Assembly (NCBI RefSeq): GCF_006345805.1
Contig: NC_042997.1
Span: forward strand, 108,314,001 to 108,378,000
Reading direction: 5' to 3'
DNA: 64,000 nucleotides
Origin: Octopus sinensis
Taxonomy: Eukaryota
The position numbers and the translations under genes were made by a program. The number at the start of each line of letters is the position of its first letter. Position 1 is the first letter of the stretch. This document shows positions 1 through 11,855 of this stretch, one piece after another. The notes under the pieces were generated by a model. It did no database searches, was not told where the DNA came from, and saw nothing but the letters and a program-made list of their open reading frames with translations.

Positions 1-574
1 TAAAAGACAGTTGTTCAAGGTGGCACAATGCTGGACTGAACCCAGAACCATGCCATTGGGAAACAAACTTCTTACCACACCACCACCACACCTGATCCTA
101 TTAACAAAAGCCACACCTGTTTTCTCATCTCTTGTCCTTCATCTTTACTGATGCCATTGGCTTGGCTCTCTTATTTTCTATTTCCTTCCAAACTAAAAAC
201 TTTATTTATATTAAAATTTCAGTTAATTTTCAACTTCCACTGCAATCTCCTCCTGTGCCATGATTCTCACTGCTATATTAACTCAAATTGACTAACAGCA
301 GATGGAAATATTCTAAAATAAACGACTTACTCTAATTACATTCATTAATCCTGTTCGCCGAAATAATCCTTAATTTTTGACAAGCAGCTCTACCTGTTTT
401 ACAACTGAAAAAACACTTTCCTTTTCATTTCAACATCATTTTCTTTACAATTTCTCTTTTCTTTCCCCACCCCCACCCCTTTACCAAATAAATAAATAAA
501 AACTTCCCAGTTTATTGCTATTTTATGATCAATTAAAAACCATTTTATTTCATCCTATGATATTTATCATATTT

Positions 575-609
<35 letters not shown>

Positions 610-615
<6 letters not shown>

Positions 616-1116
616 CAATAAGAGGCTTCCAAATAGGAAAGCGTTGTGCTAGAAAGAGCAGTAGAAATCTCAAGACCACAAAAGAGGATAATTTCACGAA
701 AGGAATGAAAATTAAAAACGTTTACCATCTCAACTATTTCCCAGACCGCAGTTTCTAACTATTTCCAGCAAAATAATATTTGCTGAAGGCCAGTTTTCTT
801 CAGTAGGATAGCCTTTAGATTTCAGACATACAGACCGCCAGATCCACATGTAGAACTAACGGTTTGTAAATCCTAACTTTTCAAACCACTGCGCAGATGC
901 AGATTATACCCGGCGACAGAGAGGATGCCGGTAAAAATTTCGAACGAATTTATCAAACAATATTTAAACATAATAAAATAGGGTAATAATAAATTATTGT
1001 TGTAAGACACTGGTAATAATAATAATTTATTACCCTATTCTATTATATATTTGTGATCTTGAGATTTCTACTGCTCTTTCTAGCACAACGCTTTCCTATT
1101 TGGAAGCCTCTTATTG

Positions 1117-1122
<6 letters not shown>
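610..1122. mobile_element. Non-autonomous TIR DNA transposon (MITE) embedded in (TA)n
   Basis: 73-bp terminal inverted repeats 610-682 / 1050-1122 with 1 mismatch; (TA)n runs on both sides; no ORF. Confidence 0.9.
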
Positions 1123-1148
<26 letters not shown>

Positions 1149-1362
1149 TTGTACTTGTATCACTCATTTGCCTGCAGCCATACTAGAACTCTGCCTTAAA
1201 GTGTTTTTTAGTGAAAGAAATCGACCCCAGGACTTATTCTTTGTTTTATCACTCACTTATTCTATCATTCACTTTTGGTGAACTGCTAAGTTATGGACAC
1301 ATAAACACACCAACGTTGGTTGTCAAGCAATGGTGGTGGGACAAACACACATGCATAAATAT

Positions 1363-2225
1363 CATCATCATCATCGTTTAATGTCCGTTTTCCACGCTAG
1401 CATGGGTTGGACGGTTTGACTAGGGTCTGGGAACCCAGGAGGCTGCACCAGGCCCCAATCTGATCTGGCAGTGTTTCTACAGCTGGATGCCCTTCCTAAC
1501 GCCAACCACTCCGTGAGTGTAGTGGGTGGTTTTTACGTGCCACCAGCACAGGGGCCAGAGGAGCTGGCATCGACCACGATCAGATGGTGCTTTTTACGTG
1601 CCACCAGCACAGGGGCCAGAGGAGCTGGTATCGACCACGATCAGATAGTGCTTTTTACGTGCCACTGGCACAGAAGCCAGTCGAGGTAGCACTGACAATG
1701 GCCACATTCGGATGGTGCTTTTTACGTGCCACCGGCATGGGGGCCACAACTGCAATTTCCATTTGATTGTAATTTAATTTGATTTTGATGTAATTGACTC
1801 AATAGGTCCTCAAGCACAGCATGTCGCCCTACGATCCAAGGTACTTTTGAGTGGGCTGGTTATGTCACACTGGTATAGGTTACAGCTGTGAACTCACTTT
1901 ATTTGCTGGGTTTTCTCATTCACAGCATATCTCCAGAGGTCTCAGTCTTTTGTCATTGTCTCTGTGAGGCTCAACATTCAAAGGTCATGCTTCACCACCT
2001 CATCCCATGCTTTCTTGGGTCTCCCTCTACCCCAGATTCCTTCCACTGTTTGGGAGTGGCACTTCTTCACACAGCTCTCCTCATCCATCTGTAGGACATA
2101 ACCATACCAATGCAAACAGCTCTTGCTCGCCACATCCGATGCCTCTTAGGGCGCCTACATTCTGTCATGTGTGCACACTGACATTACACATCCAGTGGAT
2201 CAAGCTAATATACATACCTTAATAC
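1363..2225 (-). mobile_element. 5'-truncated RTE-clade LINE: ORF C-terminus, repeat-containing 3' UTR and (GAT)n tail
   Basis: Minus strand encodes a decayed RWxGHV/GRPxKxW-type C-terminus, followed by about 60-bp tandem repeats, the AGGAAGGGCATCCAGCTGTAG core and a GATGATGAT tail; same layout at 27190-27990. Confidence 0.7.
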
Positions 2226-2624
2226 CTCACCATATTCATCTATCACGCCCTCAGTACATCACGGATTTTCTGGCTAATATATGTAAATTTATATCACGGA
2301 CTCCTCACTGTATTGCGGGTTTCTGCGGCTGATAGATATATATATTTTTTTAGATTTTAATTATTTCTGTGGGACGTTTTGGATCATAACACCCACGATA
2401 GCTGAGGGATTACTGTATGCATATATATTTATATAACAGGCTTCTTTCAGTTTCTGTCTACCAGACCCACTCACACGACTTTGGTTGGCCCCCGGGTTAT
2501 AGTGGAAGATGCTTGCCCAAGATGCCACACAGTGGGACTAAACCCAGAAGCAAGCTTCTTACCACACAGCCACGGAATTTGAGAGGCCTGGGGTTCATTT
2601 CTCTGTAGTGACTTGCTGACCACT

Positions 2625-3005
2625 TTCTGTGGCATGGATGTGGCTGTGTGGTAAGAAGTTTGCTTCCCAGCCATATGGTTCTGGGTTCAGTCCTGTTGCT
2701 TGGCACCTTGGGCAACTGTCTTCTCTTATAGCCTCAAGCCAACCAAAGCCTTGTGAGTGGATTTGGTAGACAGAAACTGAAATATGTTTGTCTGTGTTTG
2801 TCTCCCCACCACCACTTGGCAGCCGTTGTTGGTGTGTTTACATCCCTGTAACCTAGCTGTTCTGCAAAAGAGACTGATAGAATAAGTACCAGGCTTACAA
2901 AAAAAAAAAAGAAGACCTACTGGGGTCAATTCATTCAGCTAAAAACGCCTTCACGGCAGTGCTCCAGCATGGCCAAGTCAAATGACTAAAACGAGTACAA
3001 GGTAA
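2625..3005 (+). mobile_element. tRNA-headed SINE family A (head-to-head with a minus copy at about 2430-2575)
   Basis: GGCTGTGTGGTAAG A-box-like and GGTTCAGTCC B-box-like head; shared body with 25077-25490. Confidence 0.8.
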
Positions 3006-3799
3006 AGATGTTTTTATTGATTGATTGATATTTTCATCATTTTTATTCTTTTTCTATGTGAAATATTATTGTAATTACATGCAAATTTATGCGTCTCTTT
3101 TATTCTCATTGTTGTTGTTGTTCTCTTTCCCCTCAGACCTTGTAATCTCCATTAAACTTTGTACGTTCACCTTACCTGTTGGTGCTATCCATAATTAATC
3201 AGTATTGAACGCAGATGCTTCAGGTTGATTATTGAATCTTATCGTTCTTCTCAAGTTACCAATCTGGTTGGCATCAAATAAATCTTTTTTTCTTTTTTTT
3301 AGTGTTTTACAAAGAAATAGAGCAACACCTGCATTATTTGCTCTCTTTCTTTCTTTCTTTCTTTTTGATCTCTGCTTGAACTGTTTAGAAAATGGTAATA
3401 TACTGTTTCTCAGGTACACACATTTACATGTGTACACACACACACACACACCCACCCATTCACATATTGATATACTCACACACACATGCACAAACAGTAA
3501 TGTGCACATGCACTTACACAGGCACACATCCATCCATAAACACACACACACACACACACATTTTTTTATTTTTTTAATCTTTCAGTCATTGAACTGTGGT
3601 CATGCTAGAGCCCTGCCTTGACAGGTTTAAACGAATCAATACTGCAAGTAATTTTAAACCTGGTAGTTATTCTACCAGTCTCTCTCTCTCTCTCTCTCTC
3701 TCTTTGCCAAGCTGCTAAGTTATGGGGACGTAAACAAACCAACACAGATTTAGACAACTCAACAAAAACAAGGATGGTCATAGCAGCATCACCATAAAC

Positions 3800-4530
3800 T
3801 GTTTGAAGAGTAAAAGAGTTGCTTTAGAGAGATGAATCTATCAAGAAATCAGGCCACTGGATCAGGCTATGAAGATCACAAAGTTATAAGCACGATTTGT
3901 TCTTCTAGAGAGTAGACTTAGGCAAGATGTAATTTGTCTGAAAGAGGTACCTCAGACGCCATTCTTTGTGATGCAACTGCAAAAAAACATACTTGGCTAA
4001 AAGTAAACTGTTTTTCCTGGTATTCATTAACTTGGAGAAAGTGTGTGACATGGTACCACGTTCGGTAAATTGATGGTCACCAAAGAAACTAAGTGTAGAT
4101 GGCTGCACAAATTACATACAAAGCTTCAGTAAATAAAGAGAGAATCGACAATGATTTCAGGGATGAATTTGTGAGGACAGGGGTTCATCAAAGTTCAGTC
4201 CTCTCCTAATCATCACAGTCCTACAGGCCATCACAGAGGAATTTAAGACTGGCTCTCCATGGAAACTCCTGTATGCTGATGATCTAGTTCTCATTACTGA
4301 ATTTATAGGGGAATTAGGGAGGAAATTTCAGGCATAGAAGCTAAACCTGGAATCAAGAGGCCTCAGACTTAGTAAAGATTAAGGTTTTGGTGCGTAGGAA
4401 AGAAGACAGAACTCTAGTGTGTTCAGCAAAATGGCTTTGTTCAATATGCAGAAACGAAGTAGGTATAAATTCCCTGGGCTGTACCCTGTGTAAGCTATGG
4501 ACACTAGATGTGTAGTAGAATCATAGGTAC
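3800..4530 (+). mobile_element. Decayed RTE-clade reverse transcriptase fragment
   Basis: Remnants of GTxDAI..LQ.KYL, GVHQxSVL and WKLLYADDLVL (YADD at 4272-4283), with stops and frameshifts. Confidence 0.85.
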
Positions 4531-5614
4531 CTGATTCCACTGGTACCCAGATTTACTTTTAGCTCCTTTGAACTCTAGCTTTGAATGCACATATTCATCA
4601 ACACATGCTAGCTCTACTTCTTTCTAGCTTTTTTCTTTCCTTTAAGGTTCATATTTTCTTTACACTGCAATATCACAGTTCAAACACAAGCATCATACAG
4701 TCTGCCTTTCACTTTGAGTCAAAAAACAAACCCTTTTTAATCAGCAATGGTAATACTTGCCTGAACTTTTCCTAACCTGTACTAACCCTGGCTATTCTAC
4801 TTTCAAAACCAGTACCACACTTGCTAATTGTGTCTCCTTGGTAACAGAAATTATTGGCTTATTTCTTGAGCTCTGCATGCATTTAAGATAATCTTAAAAG
4901 TCAGCTGAGAGAAATCCTGGGTATAAAGACCAATGCATTGTGCAACTAGGGTGTGACGGGATGTGAAGGGAGGAGAATGGCTGGGTAAAGAAATGCAAAA
5001 ATGTTTCTTAATTCTTTACACTTAGACACAAATCCAGGCCTAATTTCAAATGCTCGACTCCTTTATGTTGCTTGAACAAACCCCACTACTGTATAGCTCT
5101 TTAGTGTCTTCAGCAGAGTCCACCCTTTTATCCATGGTTGCCCAGGGTATTGCTCAGTTGTTATTGCTATTTCTTAAATTATTAAATTGATAATATATTA
5201 TTAATTTAGTTTAATCTTAGCAGCTAATATTTTGGCATTCATGAAAAATTATCTGATATATCATAGAATCTCATAAAACCATTAGAAATACATTAGAATA
5301 GATTTATAAGACATGAAACAGTATCTTTGGGCGGAGCTGTTTTCATAATAAATCTATCTACAAAGGAACCTAATTCTAAAGACAAATATTTTGATGAAGA
5401 TAATAATCGCTACAAGAATATCTTTGAACAGTCAGCAGCCATTACCTCAGTGAATGAGAAAATTTAGAAAACTGAAGGACTTACATGTGTGTGTGTGTTA
5501 GAGTATATATATAATTATATAGTTCTATTTACATATATATAATATATATGTGTAACTTACAAAGCCTTCAACATTTGTTTACAAATATTATTGTTATATA
5601 TATATATATATATA

Positions 5615-6400
5615 GGATCACTGCAAAACACAGTGTGGCTACTGAAGAAGAAATGGCAGGAGGAAAGAAAAGAGTTTGGGGCTTTGCTGAACAATTTCCT
5701 ATCCATGTAGCTGTCCATTAAAAAATGAAGTAGAGCTGCAAACCCTGCTGACTGTATGACTAGACTATAAAAAGGCATTTGACTGTGTTCTTCGCACAAG
5801 GATAACAGAGTCACAATGCCTTCCCGAGATTCCAGCTGTTATAGTTGATACCATTAAAAGACAGACCATTTGCTCCACATTGATAAGAACCGGAACAACC
5901 ATTACAATCACTAACAGAATTAGGATATTAACAGGAAAGGGTTACAGCTTATCTGTAATATTCTCTGTCCTAGCAGGGAACGCTTTGTCAGCCTTATTAA
6001 GGAAATATAAAGGTGACATGTTCAGATTTGCAGAAGAAAGAAAGATTAATGTCAGCCAGACCTTTTTTGTTGATGATCTTAAACTGTACTTGAATAATAT
6101 TCATGACATCAAGAGACAGATTTGGTCACAACATTCTCATGGGTCATCATAAGTGCTCATACTTGACAGTGAAACGAAGAAAGATTATTGACCTTGCAAG
6201 GAATATGGACAGACACAGAGCTTGTCTGTCTTTCCTATCCCTGGTGATGAAAGTTACTAATGCCTTGGAACGGATTAGAATACTGCTCATATTGATTTGT
6301 GAGTAAAGCTTAGAGTGGCAAAAGAATGCTTCAGCAGATTTCAGAAGATATACAAGTCCAGGCAGCTTTTAAGTGCTACATCCTGTCACTTGGACAACAT
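5615..6400 (+). mobile_element. Decayed R4/Dong-like (RLE non-LTR) reverse transcriptase fragment
   Basis: DYKKAFD (5763-5783), SLSxxxF..AxNxLS and FVDDLKLY (6066-6089) motifs, disrupted. Confidence 0.7.
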
Positions 6401-6454
6401 CTTCTGAACAATAGAGAGAGTACAGTTCTACATTTAAGAGATGACGAATTATGC

Positions 6455-6720
6455 ACATTATTTACATTTGACGGATATATGTCCACAGGCATATGGTGTG
6501 GTGGTTAAGAGCATGGGCTACTAACCCCAAGATTCCGAGTTCGATTCCAGGCAGTGACCTGAATAATAATAATAATAACATCGAAAAATACTTTAGGAAT
6601 AAGAACCCAGGTTTGAAATTTTCCCAAAACACCTGATGAAGTCTGGAAGGCATATCAGCCAAAACGTTGTGTTAACAACAAACAAGATGAGGACAAATAT
6701 CCATCAAATGTAAATAATGT
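6455..6720 (+). mobile_element. tRNA-headed element with hammerhead-bearing tail and inverted 5' copy of its 3' end (copy 1)
   Basis: A box 6494-6504, B box 6538-6548, (AAT)n linker, hammerhead core 6628-6673; 6455-6484 is the reverse complement of 6691-6720 (28/30); homologous copies at 45916-46383 and 55122-55492. Confidence 0.85.
6628..6673 (+). ncRNA. Minimal type I hammerhead ribozyme motif (degenerate copy)
   Basis: AACAC-CTGATGA-A-GTCTG-loop-CAGCC-AAAA-CG-TT-GTGTT; G12 mutated to A (CpG-type change) and one stem II mismatch; consensus restored from the other copies. Confidence 0.7.
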
Positions 6721-7315
6721 AAGTAGAATGAGCAATGAGTACATCATATATATATACACTCAGCAATGAAAGTAATATGTCTAAGCAAGGAACTCCAGAA
6801 TAAGCACAGTATTCCCAGTGAATCAAAGGTGGCCGGACTGCTTTGGGGGCCATGGGGTCTACTTTGGCATGGTCTCTATAGCTGGATGCCCTTCCTGATG
6901 CCAATCAGTTTGTAAAGTGCAGACAGGGTGCATTTTTGTGCCACCAGCAGAAGTGTGGTCATTGTGCAGCTTGCAAGCCTACAAATCCCAAAAGAGGCAG
7001 CTTTTTTATGCTAGTAGATGAGGGGTTACAGTATGAGAAAAAAGAGGGGACAGTGCAAAAGAGGTTTCTTGTTGTAGGGAAACTTCTTGGTGAGTGACAT
7101 TTTAGAAGAAAGAGTGGTGAGTGATCCGGTTGGAGTTGGGAAGAAATGAAAATAGTGGTGATGAGGGGTCTGTGTAGCCTTTGAAGGTACTGGAAATAAA
7201 AGAACTGAGACCATGGGTGGGTTGAGGTGTATGGGGGAGAGGGTGAAGGGTGTGTGAATGTAATGAAGGAAGAACTGGTGTTGAGGGGTGGATGTGGTGA
7301 ATAATAGCCTCACAA

Positions 7316-7694
7316 TCTCTCTCTATATAAACGGCAGTTTGTCTGTGCGTGTTTCTGTGTGTCTGTTTTCTCGTACCCTCACCCTGACCACGGCTTTCAA
7401 CCGATTCTGATGAAACTTGACACACACATAGCCCAATGTCATAATTCAAAACTAACGCAGCGAAAATTTTGAAAAGTTCCCCAGTTCTGAAAAAATCGAT
7501 AAATTCGACATGGGGTCGAGAATAAAAAAAACAAACCACAGACTGTCTAGGGGACGCAACTCAACCTTTTATTACTCTCAAAAAAAAAATTACCATCATT
7601 TTTTTCCATTTTTGGCTATTTTTTGGCTATAACTCTCTAAAAATGCTTTATAGTTATTCCTTACAAACCTGAGCACGCCGGGCGATACTGCTAG
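7316..7694 (+). mobile_element. Non-autonomous Helitron
   Basis: A|TC 5' end, GC-rich subterminal GAGCACGCCGGGCGATACTG then CTAG|T 3' end; no TSD; 5' TCTCTCTC..TATAAACGGCA shared with 12387-12755. Confidence 0.75.
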
Positions 7695-8879
7695 TACATC
7701 ATAAAAACATTATGTCCTGCATTCACATTTCTTCTTCTTTTATATTCCCTTTGGTTTGTTTCAAGATTGTTTCATACTTTTTATTTAGACACTCTGCCAT
7801 ATTCCCTTCTCTGTAGAACTAAGAAAATATTTCTTTGTTTTTTCCATTTTTTTCATTTTCACATATGAAATCTTACCATTGACCTTTTTTTACAGTCAAT
7901 TTTGTCCATGCCATATATTGAATTATTCTATATTTTCAGTTCCATGTACCATTTTTACATGAAAGGAATAAATATTGGTCTTCCGTTCTATAATGGCTGT
8001 TAGTTGTAGACTTTTGTAAAATGGCAACAACCAATAGGAAAGAACTATTTACTGAATCATAAAAGACCTAAAATCACACACAAACGCACGCAGCCGTAAG
8101 AGAGGGAAGTGATGTTTGCCAGTCAGTGATCAAATGCCACAAGTGTTTGACCTTTTTGCTCAACTTGATATTCAGAGACCAATGATGTAGATGCTGGAAG
8201 AGAGCAATTATCAGTTGTGAAAGAATGGCTGTTTGACACCACTGAGCTAACTACACATACTTTGGGAGCCACCAACATATACAGGAAGAGCTTGTTCCAG
8301 TGACATCAAGTTCTATCACCACCACCACCACCATACCTTGACATTTCTCTTCTCACAACTTCAATGATGTTCTTCAACAGTGACAGAGTTTAACTTTTTC
8401 ATTTACACTTGAAGCGTTAAAGAGCTTTAAACATTATGAGACTGTGATAATGTTTTCATTGTTGGGAGTATTATTGAATAAAACTGGCAAACTCAGAGTA
8501 ATTTCACTTCATGACTTAGCTGTGTCTAAAACTAAGACATGAACCAAACTCGGAATACTTTGATTCCTTCATCTGGTTTTAATTCCTGCAGAGAACCACT
8601 TCATTTCACTTACACAATTATTATTATTATTATTATTATTTTTATTATCATTATTATTATTACTCTTTTTTACTCTTTTATTTGTTTCAGTAATTTGATT
8701 GCGGCCATGCTGAAGCATCGCCTTTGGTCAAGCAAATTGACCCCAGGACTTATTCTTTGTAGGCTTCGTACTTATTCTATTGGTCTTTTTTGCCGAGCTG
8801 CTAAGCTATGGGGACGTAAACACACCAATATCAGATGTCAAGCGATGGTGGGGAGTCAAACACACAAACATGCAATAAG

Positions 8880-9245
8880 CACCATTCATGTGTGGGTTGT
8901 TGCCAGTTCCGCCTGACTGGCTCCCCGTGCTGGTGGCATGTAAAAAGCAACATCCGAATGTGGTTGATGCCAGCACACCCACCCTGACTGGCTCCTGTTT
9001 CAGTAGCATATAAAAAGCACCATCGAAACACGGTTGATGCCAGTGCTACCTGACTGGCTCCCGTGCTGGTGGCATGTAAAAAGCACCCACTATACTCTGA
9101 GTGGTTGGTGTTAGGAAGGGCATCCAGCTGTAGAAACACTGCCAAATCAGATTGGAACATGTGCAGCCTCCTGGCTTGCCAGTCCCCAGTCAAACCGTCC
9201 AATGCATGCCAGCATGGAAAACAGACGTCAAGTGATGATGATGAT
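8880..9245 (+). mobile_element. RTE-3'UTR-type repeat (family C), tandem units plus core plus (GAT)n
   Basis: Same core and tail as 1363-1750 and 25760-26278. Confidence 0.75.
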
Positions 9246-9818
9246 GATATATACAACGGGCTTCTTTCAATTTCTATCTACCAAATCCACTCCCAAGGCT
9301 TCGGTTGGCCGGAGGCTATAGTAGAAGACACTAGCCCAAGGTGCCACACAGTGGGACTGAACCTGGAACCATGTGGTTGGTAAGCAAGCTTCTTACCACA
9401 CAGCCATGCCTGCACATTATAATATTGGTGAGAAAGGCAGTGAGCTGGAAGAACTGTTAGCTGGAGAAAATGGCTAGCAGCATTTCTTTTGGCTTTATGC
9501 TGCTGGGATTGATAGAACAAGGAACAGTTGAGTTCTTGGATTGAGGTAATCAACATATCCCCCTCCCGCAAACTTGTTTGCCTTGTGCCAGAATTTGAAA
9601 CTATTATATTGGAGAGAGACATGAACATCACAACATCTTATCTGGGTCTTTGTTCACCTCTCAGCTGTCATCTATTATAAAATAAATTCATTGTTTCGTA
9701 ATTAAGAATTTTATTTGATAATTTTTTGCTTTTTATTTTCTTCTAGGATTTTTCTTGCTGCATTTTTCTACATTTGTTCCTAATTAAAGCTTCGTTAAAA
9801 CTTTCTGTTTTGTTTCAG

Positions 9819-10005
9819 GTTATTGTCTCATTGTAATGACTCCACCCTTGATCAGAAAACCTGCCAGGAGTATATACTCTATTTGTGTCCTGTTGGGCCT
9901 CTTCAGAAGCAACTTGCCGATTATTTTGAAAAGACTAGAGTACAGTGCGGCTGGAATGGAGCTCATGCTTATTTCCCTCATATCACCCTCTGTCATTTCT
10001 TTAAG
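9819..10005 (+). CDS. UBASH3: UBASH3-like exon: end of UBA plus start of 2H domain ((W)LLSHCNDSTLDQKTCQEYILYLCPVGPLQKQLADYFEKTRVQCGWNGAHAYFPHITLCHFFK)
   Basis: Acceptor tgtttcag|G, donor AAG|gtaga; matches family pattern EYVLYLxPxGPL...AHxxFPHITLCxFF; first HxT motif at 9979-9987. Confidence 0.93.
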
Positions 10006-10094
10006 GTAGATTTCTTACTTCATTTCATCGGAAACTCAAACACATAGAAATGGCAGCCAAATCTTCCTCTAATCTTAAATAAAGAAACAATATA

Positions 10095-10215
10095 TCAGAG
10101 TATATAGATCTAGACATAATCCTGATAAATCAGATAATATAGATCTAAGCATGATCCTTATATATCAGATAATATAGATCTAGACATAATCCTAATCAGA
10201 CATGATGCTTATGAC
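10095..10215. repeat. Minisatellite, about 3 imperfect units of roughly 38 bp (ATAGATCTAGACATAATCCT...ATCAGATAAT)
   Basis: ATAGATCTA recurs three times at regular spacing. Confidence 0.7.
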
Positions 10216-11263
10216 TAGAAAAATCTTTGATCTTTGGTCAACTGGTTTAGGATTAACCTGGAACTAAGCAGCTATAACAACGCTATTTACAAAACTTACA
10301 TGCATTCTTTTTTTATTAATAAACTTCATTAATTTATTAAATTAGCTGTTATTTCCATTTTTGCTGTGTATTTGTTGCCTTTCCTCCACACTGTTGCACC
10401 TCCTCCACGTCTATCCAGTTTGTACTTGATAATCCCCCATTCTAAGACGGACCCCATCTCACAATTCTACTTCTAAATACTGCTCAAACAATCAAATTGA
10501 CAAATCGGCAACAAATTGAGGAGTAAAGAGTAGATTTTAAGGTATAAAGTTTTGGGTTTTTTTGGCACTTTGTTTTAAAATCTATTTTATTTATTAAAAA
10601 GGAAAAACGAGATTATTTTCTCTCTATTCCCAAACAGATGGGCACTCCTTTCTTTTGCAACTGGGGTGGCCAAGTATCTCATCTAAAGTTAGATATTTAT
10701 ATCTACCCAACTTTTATATTTTAACCTCTTAATTGGCACAAATCCACCTCCTTCGGTTCCCCTCCGTCTTGCTGTTGAGAGGTCTTCATCTCACACTTGG
10801 TGACTCTACTGGTGTTGGTGTCACATACAAAAGCCCCAGTGCTGGTGCCACATAAAAAAAGCACCCAGTACACTATGGTTGGCATTAGGAAGGGCATCCA
10901 GCTATAGAAACCATTCCAAAGCAGACAGTGGAACCTGGTGCAGCACTATGACTTGCCTAGTTCCTGTCAGACTGTCCAGCATGGAAGATGGATGTTAAAT
11001 GATGCGGATGGTGTGTGCATGTCTGAAAGGATATTGCTTGCAGTAAGGGACTAGCTCGGAATTTACCATTTCTGTATCTGGAATGATATTTCTCTGATTT
11101 GAAACTAAATAAAAAAATAAACAAAAACCAGATATAACCAGTATTATTGTTAGCTAAAAATAGATATTCAAAAATTCTCATCTCTCCTATAATTAATTTG
11201 ATTTTCAACTTCATTTATTAATCAAATGATATTGAAACTTAAACCTCTGTTTTTATTTTACAG

Positions 11264-11456
11264 GCAGAGGACAGTAAAATTCCCTATTTGACCAAAGCTT
11301 TAAATAAACTCCAAGAGAAACTGTTAAAAGCGCCGGGCCACTTAGAGCTTGAGTTTTTCTCTCAAGTCAACTTTATCGGTCTCTTAGTACAGAAATGTTA
11401 TTATGATTTCTTGGAGGAAATTGTTGCTGATTATGCTGAAGAGATTCGTAAAGTAG
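11264..11456 (+). CDS. UBASH3: UBASH3-like exon, 2H domain (AEDSKIPYLTKALNKLQEKLLKAPGHLELEFFSQVNFIGLLVQKCYYDFLEEIVADYAEEIRKV)
   Basis: Acceptor ttttacag|, donor GTAG|gtaagg; phase 0 to phase 1; EDSK follows FFK as in the family. Confidence 0.9.
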
Positions 11457-11624
11457 GTAAGGTTTTTCTTCTTTTCTTTTTTCCTTACACTCAGTTTTTT
11501 TGTCTTTTTTTTTTATCTTCATTATTTCTTTTGAAGTTTTATTTCAAATTTTACCAGCATGTCATTACATGTTTCAGCAAACTGCCAGTGTGCACGTGTG
11601 TCATATATATATAAATATATATAT

Positions 11625-11855
11625 GTATAGGCGAGCTGGCAGAAACGTTAGCATACCAGGCGAAATGCTTAGCGGTACTTTGTCTGTCATTACGTTCTGA
11701 GTTCAAATTCCGCCAAGGTCGACTTTGCCTTTCGTCCTTTTGGGGTAGATAAATAAAGTACCAGTTTCACACTGGGGTCGATGTAATCGACTTAATCCCT
11801 TTGTCTGTTCTTGTTTGTCCCCTCTATGTTTAGCCCCTTGTGGGCAGTAAAGAAA
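11625..11855 (+). mobile_element. tRNA-headed SINE family B (core GTCGACTTTGCCTTTCATCCTTTCGGGG..AAGTACCAG; Nin-like from memory)
   Basis: GAGTTCAAATTCC B box; many copies in the window (e.g. 18985, 23010, 31830, 34003, 44850, 47938, 55720, 58450). Confidence 0.8.

Noticed and set aside
1505-1740. Spaced 60-70-bp repeats superficially like a CRISPR array (also 25800-26100)
   Set aside because: Eukaryotic locus; the units are degenerate tandem repeats inside a LINE 3' UTR with no unique spacers or cas genes
3137-3557. Strong-looking splice signals on both strands and the 120-aa minus ORF
   Set aside because: The ORF starts in a (TG)n microsatellite and frames stop before the donor; no recognisable protein; a UTR exon cannot be excluded
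6487-6560. tRNA genes at the SINE heads (also 23700-23770, 25077-25150, 46066-46140)
   Set aside because: A/B boxes are present but no complete cloverleaf, and each continues into a SINE body
1-9818. First coding exon(s) of UBASH3 (start plus UBA, must end ...TG|gt)
   Set aside because: The TG|GT sites I checked (3393, about 4747) have in-frame stops or no UBA-like sequence; probably upstream of the window
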